A stretch of DNA of 64,000 bases from the human T2T-CHM13v2.0 reference genome, Homo sapiens. The number at the start of each line of letters is the position of its first letter. Positions within the stretch are counted from its first letter, which is position 1. The position numbers were made by a program, and so were the translations under genes. This document shows, piece after piece, positions 63,345 to 64,000 of this stretch. Below the pieces are notes generated by a model, which was given only the letters and a program-made list of their open reading frames with translations, did not search any database and was not told the DNA's origin. The stretch is from assembly GCF_009914755.1 (NCBI RefSeq), contig NC_060928.1; one strand, given 5' to 3'.

Positions 63345-64000
63345 TATTTTTATCTTTTAATTTTTAATTTTTATGGGTACACAGTAGGCCTATATATTTA
63401 TGGGGTACATGAGATATTTTGATACAGGCATACAATGCATAATAATCACATCAGGTAAATGAGGTATCCACCACCTCAAGCATTTATCATTTCTTTGTGT
63501 TACAAATATTCCAATTATACTCTTTTAGTTATTTTAAAATGTACAACAAATTATTGTTGACTGTAGTCATGCTGTTGTGCTATCAAATACTAGATCTTAT
63601 TCACTCTAACTATACTTTTGTACCCATTAAGCATCCCCACTTTTTCACCCCCTGCCTAGTACCCTTCCCAACCTCTGGTAACCATATTCTACTCTCTATC
63701 TCCATGAGTTCAACCGCTTTAATTTTTAGCTCCTACAAATGGGTGAGAACATGTGAAGTTTGTCTTTCTGTGCCTGGTGTATTTCACATAACATAATGTC
63801 CTCCACTTCCATCCATGTTGCTGCAAATGACAGGGTCTCGTTCTTTTTTATGGCTAAAGAGTACTCCATTGCATATATATATATATGCCACATTGTCTTT
63901 TATCCATTCATCTGTTGATGGACACTTAGGTTGATTCCAAATCTTGGCTATCATGAATAGTACTGCAGTAAACATAGGAGTGCAGCTATCTCTTCAATAT
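63345..64000 (-). mobile_element. L1 (L1MA/L1PB-type) 3' end, running past the window edge
   Basis: ATTTATGGGGTACATGAGATATTTTGATACAGGCATACAATG...; the ORF fragment MFTAVLFMIAKIWNQPKCPSTDEWIK matches the L1 ORF2 C-terminus. Confidence 0.92.

Overview
Primate, almost certainly human, genomic DNA containing the Sprouty-1 locus (SPRY1). The only credible protein-coding region is the intronless 319-aa SPRY1 CDS (39689-40648, +). It is preceded by non-coding 5' exons in and around a CpG island (about 34.8-37.9 kb) and followed by an AT-rich 3' UTR with miR-21 and miR-29 seed matches and AU-rich elements. The rest is intergenic and dense in interspersed repeats: about 30 Alus (many with visible target-site duplications), MaLR/ERVL/ERV1 LTRs, old L1/L2 fragments, a Tc2-type DNA transposon and a MADE1 MITE. 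The other listed ORFs look like chance, Alu-derived or GC-rich-island ORFs. I see no evidence of a new gene system. The most interesting details are regulatory: three uORFs (one overlapping the start codon), an A16 tract next to a 5'-UTR splice donor, a MADE1 hairpin just past the 3' UTR, a CpG-preserved Alu inside the island, an unexplained ~85-bp duplication and a perfect 22-bp palindrome upstream, and a (GGAA)9 microsatellite. Repeat family names were assigned by eye against remembered consensus sequences and their boundaries are approximate.
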